A stretch of 64,000 nt of DNA from Solirubrobacteraceae bacterium (lineage in GTDB: Bacteria; Actinomycetota; Thermoleophilia; Solirubrobacterales; Solirubrobacteraceae), in contig JBFWKS010000001.1 in the NCBI GenBank assembly GCA_050252545.1, positions 3,932-67,931 on the forward strand. The letters run 5' to 3'. Below, one piece after another: positions 9,447 through 19,228 of the stretch. Every line of letters starts with the position of its first letter. Position 1 is the first letter of the stretch. The position numbers and the translations under genes are program-made. A model generated the notes under the pieces. The model was not told where the DNA came from, searched no databases, and was given only the letters and a program-made list of their open reading frames with translations.

Positions 9447-9779
9447 ATGCTCGGCACGACCTCCACGCCCGCCGGCCCGGACGCCCGCGGCGTCGCGGCG
9501 GACGCGGTGGTCGCCCTCGACGCCCCGTGGGCGCTGCATCCCCAGGTCGCGCTGCGTCCCGAGCGGTTCGGCGCGCTGGCCTACCACTTCGGCACCCGCC
9601 GGCTGTCGTTCCTGAAGAGCCCGCGGCTGCTCGCCGTCGTGCGTGCCCTGGACGACGCGGCGACCGTCCGCCACGCCTGCCTGACCGCCGGCATCGACGA
9701 GCGCGAGCTGCCGACCTACCGTCGCGCGCTCGACACCCTCGCCCGCACCGACATGATCGTCCCCCGGGAGCCCCGATGA
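9447..9779 (+). CDS. mftB: Mycofactocin RRE/PqqD-like chaperone
   Basis: WALHPQVALRPERFGALAYHFGTRRLSFLKS. Confidence 0.95.
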   Translation: MLGTTSTPAGPDARGVAADAVVALDAPWALHPQVALRPERFGALAYHFGTRRLSFLKSPRLLAVVRALDDAATVRHACLTAGIDERELPTYRRALDTLARTDMIVPREPR

Positions 9780-11260
9780 CCCCGCCCGCCCTCGCGGCCT
9801 CGGCGCCCGCCGGCGTCACGACCGTCGCTCCCGCACCGTCCCCGGCGTCGCCCGACACCGGCCTCCCGACCCCGCCGGAGCGCCCGGTCGGACGGCTCGT
9901 CGACGAGTTCCAGTCCGGCCTCGACGCACCGATCTGCCTGACCTGGGAGCTGACCTACGCCTGCAACCTGGCGTGCGTGCACTGCCTGTCCTCGTCGGGA
10001 CGCCGCGATCCGCGCGAGCTGTCGACGGCGGAGTGCACGGCCGTCATCGACGAGCTCCAGCGGATGCAGGTCTTCTACGTGAACATCGGCGGCGGTGAGC
10101 CGACGGTCCGCAAGGACTTCTGGGAGCTCGTCGACTACGCCACCGACCATCAGGTCGGGGTCAAGTTCTCGACCAACGGCTCGCGGATCGACGCCGACGT
10201 CGCCCGACGCCTCGCCTCCAGTGACTACGTCGACGTGCAGATCTCGCTGGACGGCGCGACGCCCGAGGTCAACGATCCCGTCCGCGGGCCCGGTACGTTC
10301 GACACCGCGATGACGGCGATGGGTCACCTCCGCGACGCCGGGTTCTCCGGGTTCAAGCTGTCGGTCGTCTGCACCCGCCACAACATCCCGCAGCTGGACG
10401 CGTTCAAGGCGATCGCCGACGAGTACGGCGCGCAGCTGCGCCTCACCCGGCTGCGCCCCTCCGGTCGCGGTGCCGACACGTGGGACGAGCTGCATCCGCT
10501 GCCGCACCAGCAGCGTGAGCTCTACGACTGGCTCGTCGCGCACGGTGACGACGTGCTCACCGGTGACTCGTTCTTCCACCTGGCCGCCTACGGTGACGCG
10601 CTTCCGGGACTGAATCTGTGCGGCGCCGGACGCGTGGTGTGCCTCATCGACCCCGTGGGTGACGTCTACGCGTGCCCGTTCGCGATCCACGACGAGTTCC
10701 TCGCCGGCAACGTCCGTGCCGACGGCGGGTTCCAGGGTGTGTGGCGCGAGTCGGAGCTGTTCCTCGAGCTGCGCGAGCCGCAGGCGGCGGGCGCGTGCAA
10801 CTCCTGCCAGTTCTTCGACAGTTGCCGCGGCGGCTGCATGGCCGCCAAGTTCTTCACCGGTCTGCCGATGGACGGCCCCGACCCGGAGTGCGTGCTCGGT
10901 CACGGCGAGGAGCTCCTGAAGCAGCGCGGCGACGCGCTGCTGCCCAAGCCGTCGGTCGACCGGTCCAAGCGACTGTCCAAGCGCCAGCGCCTGGAGCGGG
11001 CCGCGGCGGAGCGCGGGATCACCCTGCCACCGCAGACGGGCGAGACACCGCCACCGGACCTGCGCGCGATCACGCACGCACCCGACCGAGCGTGCGACGA
11101 GAGCCCGTTGGCGGGGTTCGCCGTGACGCCGCCCGACCGCCGACCGAACCAGGCGTGCGACGAGCGTCCGTCGGCCGCGCTCTCGGTGGAGGGCCACGAC
11201 GTCCCGGTGGTGCATCCCGGCGCTGCGTCGTCGGGCACCCGTCGTCGCGCGGCGTCCTGA
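9776..11260 (+). CDS. mftC: Mycofactocin radical SAM/SPASM maturase
   Basis: APICLTWELTYACNLACVHC, GGGEP, SPASM Cys cluster CNSCQFFDSCRGGC; ATGA overlap with mftB. Confidence 0.97.
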   Translation: MTPPALAASAPAGVTTVAPAPSPASPDTGLPTPPERPVGRLVDEFQSGLDAPICLTWELTYACNLACVHCLSSSGRRDPRELSTAECTAVIDELQRMQVFYVNIGGGEPTVRKDFWELVDYATDHQVGVKFSTNGSRIDADVARRLASSDYVDVQISLDGATPEVNDPVRGPGTFDTAMTAMGHLRDAGFSGFKLSVVCTRHNIPQLDAFKAIADEYGAQLRLTRLRPSGRGADTWDELHPLPHQQRELYDWLVAHGDDVLTGDSFFHLAAYGDALPGLNLCGAGRVVCLIDPVGDVYACPFAIHDEFLAGNVRADGGFQGVWRESELFLELREPQAAGACNSCQFFDSCRGGCMAAKFFTGLPMDGPDPECVLGHGEELLKQRGDALLPKPSVDRSKRLSKRQRLERAAAERGITLPPQTGETPPPDLRAITHAPDRACDESPLAGFAVTPPDRRPNQACDERPSAALSVEGHDVPVVHPGAASSGTRRRAAS

Positions 11261-12462
11261 TGGCCAGTACCCACACGTGGTTCGAGTCGGTCGCCGAGGC
11301 GGAGCGCCGCGCGCGCAAGCGGCTGCCGTCGTCGGTGTACGGTGCGCTGACGGCCGGTGCCGAGGCGGGGATCACCCGCGAGGACAACCTGCGAGCGTTC
11401 GGTGAGCTGGGCGTCGTACCGCGGATCGCCACCGGTCTGAGCGGCACCCGCGACGCGGCGACGACGGTGATGGGCCAGGACATCGCGATGCCGGTGCTCG
11501 TGTCGCCGACCGGCGTGCAGGCGGTGCACCCGCAGGCCGAGGTCGCCGTCGGGCGGGCGGCGGCCGCTGCAGGTATCGCCCAGGGCCTCTCGTCGTTCGC
11601 GAGCAAGCGGCTGACCGACGTCGTCGCCGTCAACCCTCAGACGCTGTTCCAGGTGTACTGGTTGGGTGACCGTGACCGGATCGTCCAGATCCTCGACGAC
11701 GCCCGGCGGGGCGGCGCGCGCGGGATCATCCTGACCCTCGACTGGACGTTCGCCCACCGTCGCGACTGGGGCAGCCCGGCGATCCCCGACGGCCTGGACC
11801 TGCGCACGATGATCCGGATGGCGCCCCAGGTGCTGCGCAGGCCGCGGTGGCTGCGCGACTACCTGCGTGACGGCGGGCCGCCGTCGCTGACCGTGCCGAA
11901 CATGGCGCCCCCCGGCGGTGACGCACCGACGTTCTTCGGTGCGTACGGCGAGTGGATGATGACCCCCGCGCCGACCTGGGACGACATCGCCTGGATGCGG
12001 AGCCAGTGGGACGGTCCGTTCCTCGTCAAGGGCATCTCGCACCCCGACGACGCGCGCCGGGCGGTACAGGCCGGGGCGAGCGCGATCTCGGTGTCCAACC
12101 ACGGCGGCAACAACCTCGACGGCACGCCGGCGACGATCCGGACGCTGCCCGCGATCGCCGACGCGGTCGGCGACGAGATCGAGGTGCTGCTCGACGGTGG
12201 CATCCGCCGCGGCAGCGACGTCGTCAAGGCCGTCGCGCTCGGTGCCCGTGCGGTGCTCGCCGGACGTGCGGTGCTGTGGGGCCTGGCCGCCGGCGGTCAG
12301 GCCGGCGTCGCCAACGTCCTGGAGATCCTGCGAGCCGGGATCGATGAGACGCTCAACGGCATCGGCCGCGCGTCGATTCACGATGTCACCCGCGACGATG
12401 TCGTCGTGCCCGACGGGTTCAGCCGCGTGCCCTCCCGCCCCGGAGCCGGATCGCGGACGTGA
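11260..12462 (+). CDS. mftD: Pre-mycofactocin synthase (FMN alpha-hydroxy acid dehydrogenase family)
   Basis: WFESVAEAERRARKRLP, DWTFAHRRDWGSP, SNHGGNNLDG, DGGIRRGSDVVKA. Confidence 0.95.
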   Translation: MASTHTWFESVAEAERRARKRLPSSVYGALTAGAEAGITREDNLRAFGELGVVPRIATGLSGTRDAATTVMGQDIAMPVLVSPTGVQAVHPQAEVAVGRAAAAAGIAQGLSSFASKRLTDVVAVNPQTLFQVYWLGDRDRIVQILDDARRGGARGIILTLDWTFAHRRDWGSPAIPDGLDLRTMIRMAPQVLRRPRWLRDYLRDGGPPSLTVPNMAPPGGDAPTFFGAYGEWMMTPAPTWDDIAWMRSQWDGPFLVKGISHPDDARRAVQAGASAISVSNHGGNNLDGTPATIRTLPAIADAVGDEIEVLLDGGIRRGSDVVKAVALGARAVLAGRAVLWGLAAGGQAGVANVLEILRAGIDETLNGIGRASIHDVTRDDVVVPDGFSRVPSRPGAGSRT

Positions 12463-12588
12463 CCGGGTGATCGGGGCCGGGCGCGACGGGTGACCGCCGC
12501 CGGCCCGGGTGCTGCGACTCCCGCACCGCCCGCGATCCCCACACCGTCCCGCGCCTTCCGCCGCCGCGACCCCGACACCGTCCCGACC

Positions 12589-13281
12589 ATGGCGCACCTG
12601 TCCGACATCACCTCGCCCGACCTTGCGCGTCGTCGGTCCGCGCTGCTGGTGGTGCCGGTGGGCGCGACCGAGCAGCACGGGCCCCACCTGCCGCTGACGA
12701 CCGACACCGAGATCGCGACGGCGCTCGCCGACGGCCTCGACCGCGAGCGGGACGACGTCGTCGTGGCACCGGCGGTCGCGTTCGGCGCGAGCGGCGAGCA
12801 CCAGGCCTTCCCCGGCACGCTGTCGATCGGAACCACCGCGACCGAGCTGTTGCTCCTCGAGCTCGGCCGGTCGGCGACCGAGACCTTCGACCGCGTGCTC
12901 TTCCTGTCGGCGCACGGCGGCAACGCCGAAGCGGTCAACGGCGCCACCGCACGCCTGCGCGAGGAGGGTCGTGACGTCCGCGCGTGGGCGCCACGGTGGG
13001 ACGGCGATGCGCACGCCGGGCACGTCGAGACGTCGATCATGCTCGTGCTCGCGCCCGAGCGGGTCCGGGCGCACGCGGCGACCGTCGGCACGGTCGAGCC
13101 GCTCGGCGAGCTGCTGCCGCGGATGCGCCGTGAGGGTGTGGCGGGCGTCAGCGCCAACGGGGTCCTCGGCGACGCGACGACCGCGTCCGCCGACGCGGGT
13201 CGCACACTGCTGCGGGTCGCCGCGCAGGACCTGCGGGCCACCGTCGCCCGATGGGACGCGGAGCGGGTCGGTGTCGTCTAG
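12589..13281 (+). CDS. mftE: Mycofactocin creatininase-family peptidase
   Basis: GATEQHGPHLPLTTD, SGEHQAFPGT, AHGGN, DAHAGHVETS; start could be upstream GTG 12490. Confidence 0.92.
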   Translation: MAHLSDITSPDLARRRSALLVVPVGATEQHGPHLPLTTDTEIATALADGLDRERDDVVVAPAVAFGASGEHQAFPGTLSIGTTATELLLLELGRSATETFDRVLFLSAHGGNAEAVNGATARLREEGRDVRAWAPRWDGDAHAGHVETSIMLVLAPERVRAHAATVGTVEPLGELLPRMRREGVAGVSANGVLGDATTASADAGRTLLRVAAQDLRATVARWDAERVGVV

Positions 13282-13312
13282 TACCGCCGGCCCGTCCGGA
13301 CCGGCCGCGTGG

Positions 13313-14875
13313 ATGCAACCGGTCGGCCGGGGCCCGGCGCGCGGTCGCGGCGACGGGGCGGCGCAGGCCACCCGCCCGGACGGCACCGATCCGCTGCCCG
13401 AGGGGTTCGGACTGGTCCTCGACCGCGACACCCGGCGCCACGCCGGAGGCACCGTGCTCGTCGGAGGATGGCCGCGGCGGGTCATACGGTTGCGGGCCGC
13501 CGGTGCCGCCGCGGTCGACACGCTGCTGCGTGGCGAGCCGACGAGCCACGCGGGCCGGACGTTGGCCCGTCGGCTCGTCGACGCGGGGCTGGCGCACCCC
13601 GTACCGCCCGACGCCGGGGTGCCGCATCGCGTCGATCCGCGGATGCCGCAGGGCACTCCTCCCGCCGGCGGGCCGGCGCACGCCGGCCCGTCCGCGGATG
13701 GCCTCGCCTCAGCCGACGTGACCGTCGTCATCCCGGTCCGTGACCGGCCGTCCGAGTTGGCCCGCTGTCTGGCCGCGCTCGGCGGTGACGTGGCCGTGGT
13801 CGTCGTCGACGACGGGTCGAGCGCTCCCGACGCGGTCCGGGCCGTGACCGACGCCGCCCATGCGACGCTCGTGCGCCGCGAGACCGGCGGCGGCCCGGCG
13901 GCCGCCCGCAACGAGGGCCTGCACCACGTCACCGCGCCGCTCGTCGCGTTCCTCGACAGCGACTGCGTGCCGCCCGCAGGGTGGCTCGCGCCCCTCGTCG
14001 GGCACCTGTCCGACCCGACCGTCGTGGCGGTCGCCCCGCGCGTCCGCGGTGCGGCGACCGGCGACACGACCGCGCGCCGGTGGGGGAGGGCACGATCGCC
14101 GCTCGACCTCGGTGGTCGGCCCGGACGGGTCGCCCCCGGCACGCCGATCGCCTACGTCCCGACCGCGGCGCTCGTCGTGCGTCGCGCGGCGCTCGCCGGC
14201 CAGGACGGCCCCTTCGACCCGGCGCTGCGCCACGGCGAGGACGTCGACCTGATCTGGCGCCTGCATGACGCGGGCGGCACGATCCGTTACGAGCCGGCCG
14301 TCGTCGTCGAGCACCACGAGCCCGCATCGTGGGCCGAGCTGCTCGTGCGGCGGTGGCGGTACGGCACGTCGGCCGGTCCGCTCGCCCGCCGTCACGGACG
14401 ACGGCTCGCCCCGGTCGTCCTCGCGCCGGTCCCGACCGCGGCGGCCGTCGCCGCGCTCTCGGGTCGACCGCGGGCGGCGCTCGCGATCGCACTGGCACAG
14501 GGCATCCGGCGCGGCCGGCGCATCCAGCGGGCGGGCGCACCCGCGTGGTACGGGCCGCTCTGGTCGCTGCGCTCCGCCGTCCAGGCCACCGACGGGCTGG
14601 CCCGCACCGCGACGATGCTCGCCCCCGCGGCGCTCCCGGTGCTCGCGATCGCGCGACCGCGACTGGCACGGCGCGTCCTGGGGGCGGTCGTCACGGCACC
14701 GCTGGCGCGCTGGGCCGGGGCCCGCCGCGACGGCACCGCCGGGGGCCTCGGGCCGCTGCGCTGGGCCGCGGCGTCGATCGCCGACGACCTCGCGTACGGC
14801 CTCGGGGTGTGGGCGGGGGCGCGCCGCTCGCGCGACGCACGTGCCCTCCTGCCGGTGCGGGAGACGCCGGCGTGA
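13313..14875 (+). CDS. mftF: Mycofactocin glycosyltransferase (GT2)
   Basis: VVIPVRDR, VVDDGS, GPAAARN, FLDSDC, GEDVDL, YGTSAGPL; start uncertain (GTG 13271 also in frame). Confidence 0.92.
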   Translation: MQPVGRGPARGRGDGAAQATRPDGTDPLPEGFGLVLDRDTRRHAGGTVLVGGWPRRVIRLRAAGAAAVDTLLRGEPTSHAGRTLARRLVDAGLAHPVPPDAGVPHRVDPRMPQGTPPAGGPAHAGPSADGLASADVTVVIPVRDRPSELARCLAALGGDVAVVVVDDGSSAPDAVRAVTDAAHATLVRRETGGGPAAARNEGLHHVTAPLVAFLDSDCVPPAGWLAPLVGHLSDPTVVAVAPRVRGAATGDTTARRWGRARSPLDLGGRPGRVAPGTPIAYVPTAALVVRRAALAGQDGPFDPALRHGEDVDLIWRLHDAGGTIRYEPAVVVEHHEPASWAELLVRRWRYGTSAGPLARRHGRRLAPVVLAPVPTAAAVAALSGRPRAALAIALAQGIRRGRRIQRAGAPAWYGPLWSLRSAVQATDGLARTATMLAPAALPVLAIARPRLARRVLGAVVTAPLARWAGARRDGTAGGLGPLRWAAASIADDLAYGLGVWAGARRSRDARALLPVRETPA

Positions 14876-16395
14876 CCGTCGCCGCCGACCCCGCCGACCG
14901 CTACGACGTGATCGTGGTCGGCGCCGGGTCGTCGGGCTGCGTCCTCGCGACGCGGCTCACCGACGAGCCGGGCCGCCGCGTCCTGCTGCTCGAAGCCGGG
15001 GCGGTCCACCCGGACGAGGCGTCGTATCCGGCGGAGCTGCGCGACGAGCGGACGCTCCCGCAGGCCCCGCTGTGGGAGTACGAGGGCATCACCACCGGTC
15101 GGCCGGGGAAGGCGGGCCGGTCGAGCCGGGTCGTCCGCGGACGGGTGCTCGGCGGGTCGGGCGCGGTCAACGGGATGCTCTACCAGCGCGGCCTGCCCGA
15201 GGACTACGACCGCTGGGGCCTGGCGCGCTGGAGCGCCGCCGCGCTGGAGCCCGCCTTCGAGCGGGTCGAGCGGATCCCGATCCGCCGCCTCGGCCGCGAG
15301 CACTGGGCACCGAGCCACGTCGCCTTCCACGACGCCCTGCGCGAGCTCGGCCACCCGGTCAACCCCGACCCGTCACGCGCCGAGCACCAGGGCGTCGGCG
15401 CGACCGCACGCAACTCCGACGGCGAGCGGAGGATGAGCGCTGCGCTCGCCTACCTGATGCCCGTCATCGGTCGGCAACAGCTCGCGGTGACGGGCGACGC
15501 GACGGTCGGCCGGGTCGCGGTCCGCAACGGTCGCGTCGTCGGGCTGGACGTGCGGATCGGCGGCCGCGACCGGCGGATCACGGCCGACGAGGTCGTGCTC
15601 GCGGCCGGCGCGATCGAGACCCCGCAGATCCTCGTCCGGTCCGGCATCGGCGCGCCGGACGACCTGCGGCGGCTCGGGATCACGCCCACCGTCGGGCTGC
15701 CGGGCGTCGGCCGCAACCTCACCGACCATCCGTCGGTCGTCGTCGCGGTCCGCCTGCGACCCGAGGTGCGTCGTGGCGACCTGCGCTTCCTCGTCGGGCT
15801 CGTCGCCACCTCCGGCCACGCCCAGCGACACGGTGGGCGGAGCGACCTGCAGACCCTCGTGATGTCGGGCCCGTACGTCGCCGACGACGGTGCCCGCCTA
15901 CCACCCGCCGACGACCCGCGGACCGTCGACGCGATCCTCACCCCGATCCTCAACGCGCCCGAGAGCGTCGGCCGGATCGAGATCCGCAGCGCCGACGGGT
16001 CGCGCCCGCCACGGATCCACTACCGCTACCTGGAGGCGCCGGGCGACCGCGAGCGCCTGCGTGAGGCGGTGCGGACCGCCGTCGACGTCGTCGAGCATCC
16101 GGCGTTCGCCCCGCTCGTTGCCGACGACGCCGGCGTGCCCGTCCCCGCCATCCGAGAGGACGACGCCGCACTCGACGCGTGGATCGCCGGCGCGCTGCGC
16201 ACCACGCTCCACGGCTGCGGCACCTGCCGGATGGGACCCGACGACGACCCCGACGCGGTCGTCGACGATCGCTGTCGCGTGCGCGGGGTCGACGGCCTGC
16301 GGATCGTCGACCTGTCGATCGTCCCGCGGGTCCCGACCGCTCCGCCGAACGCCACCGCGATGGCGATCGCCGAGCACGCCGCGACGTGGATCTGA
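14872..16395 (+). CDS. mftG: GMC oxidoreductase, MftG by position
   Basis: GAGSSG FAD motif, GGSGAVNG, LHGCGTCRMG, RVRGVDGLRIVD; GTGA overlap with mftF. Confidence 0.8.
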   Translation: MTVAADPADRYDVIVVGAGSSGCVLATRLTDEPGRRVLLLEAGAVHPDEASYPAELRDERTLPQAPLWEYEGITTGRPGKAGRSSRVVRGRVLGGSGAVNGMLYQRGLPEDYDRWGLARWSAAALEPAFERVERIPIRRLGREHWAPSHVAFHDALRELGHPVNPDPSRAEHQGVGATARNSDGERRMSAALAYLMPVIGRQQLAVTGDATVGRVAVRNGRVVGLDVRIGGRDRRITADEVVLAAGAIETPQILVRSGIGAPDDLRRLGITPTVGLPGVGRNLTDHPSVVVAVRLRPEVRRGDLRFLVGLVATSGHAQRHGGRSDLQTLVMSGPYVADDGARLPPADDPRTVDAILTPILNAPESVGRIEIRSADGSRPPRIHYRYLEAPGDRERLREAVRTAVDVVEHPAFAPLVADDAGVPVPAIREDDAALDAWIAGALRTTLHGCGTCRMGPDDDPDAVVDDRCRVRGVDGLRIVDLSIVPRVPTAPPNATAMAIAEHAATWI

Positions 16396-16466
16396 CCGAC
16401 GAGCGGGCCACGGACGGGTCTCAGGGCCCGGTTCGCGATCCGACCGGCCCATAGACTCCCGCAGAC

Positions 16467-17030
16467 GTGCTCCTGCGCCACGAACACCTGCTCGACGGGC
16501 TCGTCACGCTCTTCCTGGCCGAGGGCTTCCGGCAGTTCCGGGTCGCGGACCTCGCCGCGCGGATGAAGTGCTCCAAGTCGACGCTCTACGCGCTGGGCGA
16601 CAGCAAGGAGCGGGTGACCGTCGCGGTCGTCGCACGGTTCTTCCAGACCGCGACGCGGTTCGTCGAGGGACGCACCGCTCAGCATCCACCGGGCCCCGAG
16701 CGGGTCGCCGCGTACCTGGCGGCCGTCGCCGACGCCCTGCGGCCGGCGTCGGCGCGGTTCATGGAGGACCTGGCCGAGGACCCCGCGACGCGGCGGATCT
16801 ACGAGCGCAACACCACCCAGGCCGCCAGCCGTGTCCGCGAGCTCATCGCCGAGGGCGTGGCGTCCGGGGAGTTCCGCGACGTCCACTCCGAGTTCGCCGC
16901 CGACGCCGTCGCGTCCACGATGGCCCGGATCCAGCGGGGCGAGGTGCGCCGCCACACCGGGCTGCGCGACGCCGAGGCGTACGAGGAGCTGACCGCGCTC
17001 CTGCTCCGCGGGATCCGCTCGCCGGGCTGA
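16467..17030 (+). CDS. TetR-family regulator
   Basis: ADLAARMKCSKSTLYALG HTH; TAGACT -10-like hexamer upstream. Confidence 0.85.
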   Translation: MLLRHEHLLDGLVTLFLAEGFRQFRVADLAARMKCSKSTLYALGDSKERVTVAVVARFFQTATRFVEGRTAQHPPGPERVAAYLAAVADALRPASARFMEDLAEDPATRRIYERNTTQAASRVRELIAEGVASGEFRDVHSEFAADAVASTMARIQRGEVRRHTGLRDAEAYEELTALLLRGIRSPG

Positions 17031-17090
17031 GAGCGGCATCGGCGGCGGAGCGGCGGGCCCGGACCGATGGGCGGCGGCAGAACCTTCCAG

Positions 17091-17206
17091 GGGGTGACGG
17101 TTCGTGACGCCACCCCCGCGGTGATGCCTCCCGTGGTGACGCCACCCCGGTGGTGGCTCGTGCCACCCCCGGTGACGCCACCCCCGGTGACGCAACCCCC
17201 GGTGGC
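17091..17206. repeat. Degenerate tandem array of an approximately 15-bp unit (GTGACGCCACCCCCG)
   Basis: About six copies starting near 17104, 17121, 17136, 17160, 17172, 17187, between convergent genes. Confidence 0.8.
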
Positions 17207-17213
17207 GGTCGGG

Positions 17214-17978
17214 TCAGCGCGGCGCCATCCGCAGGGCGCCGTCCAGCCGGATGACCTCGCCGTTGAGCATCGCGTTGGTGGCGATGTGCTCGACCAGGTC
17301 GGCGTACTCGGCGGGATCGCCGAGCCGCGCGGGGAACGGCACCGTGCCGCCCAGGCTGTCCTGCGCGGCCTGCGGCAGGCCGGCGAGCATCGGGGTGGCG
17401 AAGAGCCCCGGTGCGATCGTCACCGCGCGGATGCCGTAGCGCGACAGCTCGCGCGCGACCGGCAGCGTCAGACCGACGACGCCACCCTTGGACGCCGAGT
17501 AGGCGACCTGGCCGACCTGCCCGTCGTAGGCGGCGATCGACGCGGTCGACACGAGCACGCCGCGCTCGCCGGTACGGGCGTCGGGCTCGTTGTCGCGCAT
17601 CGCCTGGGCGCTCAGACGCAGCACGTTGATGGTGCCGATCAGGTTGACCTGGATGACCTTGGCGAAGTCCGCAAGCTCGGTTGCGGCGTCGCGACCGAGG
17701 AGCTTCGTCGGGTTGCCCAGGCCGGCGCACACCACCGCGATCCGCAGGCCACCGTCGGCTTCGGACGCCAGTGCGACCGCGGCCTCGACGCTGCCGGGGT
17801 CGGTCACGTCGGTGACCTGCGCGACCGCGCCGATCTCGTCGGCGAGCGCCTGCGCGCGGTCACCGGCCAGGTCGGCGATCACGACGTGCGCGCCCTCGCT
17901 CGCGAGCCGGCGGGCGGTCGCCTCGCCGAGTCCCGACGCGCCGCCGAAGACGATCGCGCCTGCTCCTTGGATCTGCAT
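17214..17978 (-). CDS. SDR, 3-hydroxyacyl-CoA dehydrogenase type 2 (HSD17B10-like)
   Basis: GGASGLG, ASIAAYDGQVGQVAYSASKGG, NGEVIRLDGALRM. Confidence 0.92.
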   Translation of the reverse strand: MQIQGAGAIVFGGASGLGEATARRLASEGAHVVIADLAGDRAQALADEIGAVAQVTDVTDPGSVEAAVALASEADGGLRIAVVCAGLGNPTKLLGRDAATELADFAKVIQVNLIGTINVLRLSAQAMRDNEPDARTGERGVLVSTASIAAYDGQVGQVAYSASKGGVVGLTLPVARELSRYGIRAVTIAPGLFATPMLAGLPQAAQDSLGGTVPFPARLGDPAEYADLVEHIATNAMLNGEVIRLDGALRMAPR

Positions 17979-18082
17979 CTGTGGTGCTCCTTGGGTCGGG
18001 CGGGACGTCGAGATCCCGCGCAGAGATGGTGTGGGAGACGCGGACCCGCCCGTGGCGGTCGGCGCTCCGGAGTGCCGTGGGG

Positions 18083-19228
18083 TCAGGCCGCCTTGGCCAG
18101 GTGGCGACCGATCACCATACGCTGGATCTGGTTGGTGCCCTCGAAGATCTGCATGACCTTCGCCTCGCGCATGAACCGCTCGACGGGGAAGTCCTTGGTG
18201 TAGCCGGCACCGCCGAGCACCTGCACGGCGTCGGTCGTCACCCGCATCGCCGCGTCGGTCGCGACGAGCTTGGCGATCGACGCCTGGCGCGAGAACGGCA
18301 GGCCGCGGTCGCGGCGGCGGGCGGCCTCCAGCATCGTCGCGCGCGCGGACTCGACCGCGGCGGCCATGTCGGCCAGCAGGAACGCGAGTCCCTGATGGTC
18401 GATGATCGTCCTGCCGAAGGCCTCGCGCTCCTTGGCGTACGTCACGGCGTGATCGAGCGCCGCCTGGGCGAGCCCGATGGCACACGCGGCGATCCCCAGA
18501 CGGCCGGAGTCCAGGGCCTGGAGGGCGATCGCCAGGCCCTGGCCCTCCGTGCCGATCCGCCGCTCGGTGGGCAGCGGGGTGCCGTCGAAGTCGACGGTGG
18601 CGGTGCTCGACCCGGTCAGGCCCATCTTGTGCTCGGGCGGCTGGGCGGACACGCCCTGCGCGTCGGCGGGGGTGAGGAAGCACGAGATCCCGGTGCGCTC
18701 GTCCGACGTCCGCGCGAAGAGCGCGTAGAAGTCGGCGTCCCCGCCGTGGGTCACCCACGCCTTGCTGCCGGTGACCTCGTACCCCTCGTCGGTCGCGCGG
18801 GCGGCGCAGCGCATCGCGGCCGGGTCCGATCCGGCGTGCGCCTCCGACAGGCAGTACCCGCCGAGCAGCTCGCCGCCGAGCATCTCCGGCAGCCAGCGGT
18901 CGCGCTGCTCGTCCGACCCGAACGTCGCGAGCGGGTAGCACGCCATCGTGTGCACGCTGACGCCGACGGCGACGCTCGCCCACGCGGCGCCGAGCTCCTC
19001 GAGCACCTGGAGGTAGACCTCGTAGGGCTGCCCGCCGCCACCGTGCTCCTCCGGGTAGGCCATGCCGAGGAGGCCGAGATCGCCGAGTCGGCGGAACGTC
19101 TCACGCGGGAAGACCGCGTCGGCCTCGGCGCGCGCCGCCTCGGGGAGCAGGTCCGTGCGGGCGAACTCACGCGCCAGGGCGACGATCTCCTCCGCCTCCG
19201 GGGTGGGCAGCGTCCGTTCGGCGGGCAT
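18083..19228 (-). CDS. Acyl-CoA dehydrogenase
   Basis: YCLSEAHAGSD, GSKAWVTHG, KMG, GRLGIAA, QIFEGTNQIQR. Confidence 0.93.
   Translation of the reverse strand: MPAERTLPTPEAEEIVALAREFARTDLLPEAARAEADAVFPRETFRRLGDLGLLGMAYPEEHGGGGQPYEVYLQVLEELGAAWASVAVGVSVHTMACYPLATFGSDEQRDRWLPEMLGGELLGGYCLSEAHAGSDPAAMRCAARATDEGYEVTGSKAWVTHGGDADFYALFARTSDERTGISCFLTPADAQGVSAQPPEHKMGLTGSSTATVDFDGTPLPTERRIGTEGQGLAIALQALDSGRLGIAACAIGLAQAALDHAVTYAKEREAFGRTIIDHQGLAFLLADMAAAVESARATMLEAARRRDRGLPFSRQASIAKLVATDAAMRVTTDAVQVLGGAGYTKDFPVERFMREAKVMQIFEGTNQIQRMVIGRHLAKAA

Noticed and set aside
10900-14142. 1080-aa antisense ORF and many other long alternative-frame ORFs
   Set aside because: Expected in very GC-rich DNA with few stop codons; no motifs, and they lie opposite well-supported genes
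17091-17206. Possible CRISPR array
   Set aside because: Units are about 15 bp, degenerate and without unique spacers; no cas genes
17979-18000. Similar 5-prime leaders (CCCGACCCRAGGAGCACC) before the SDR, the lipase (36106-36127) and the last ACAD
   Set aside because: Best explained by shared Shine-Dalgarno context in GC-rich DNA rather than a repeat family
17979-18983. 589-aa ORF 17214-18983 as ACAD-SDR fusion
   Set aside because: The upstream part is out of frame with the ACAD; the SDR has its own RBS and ATG at 17978
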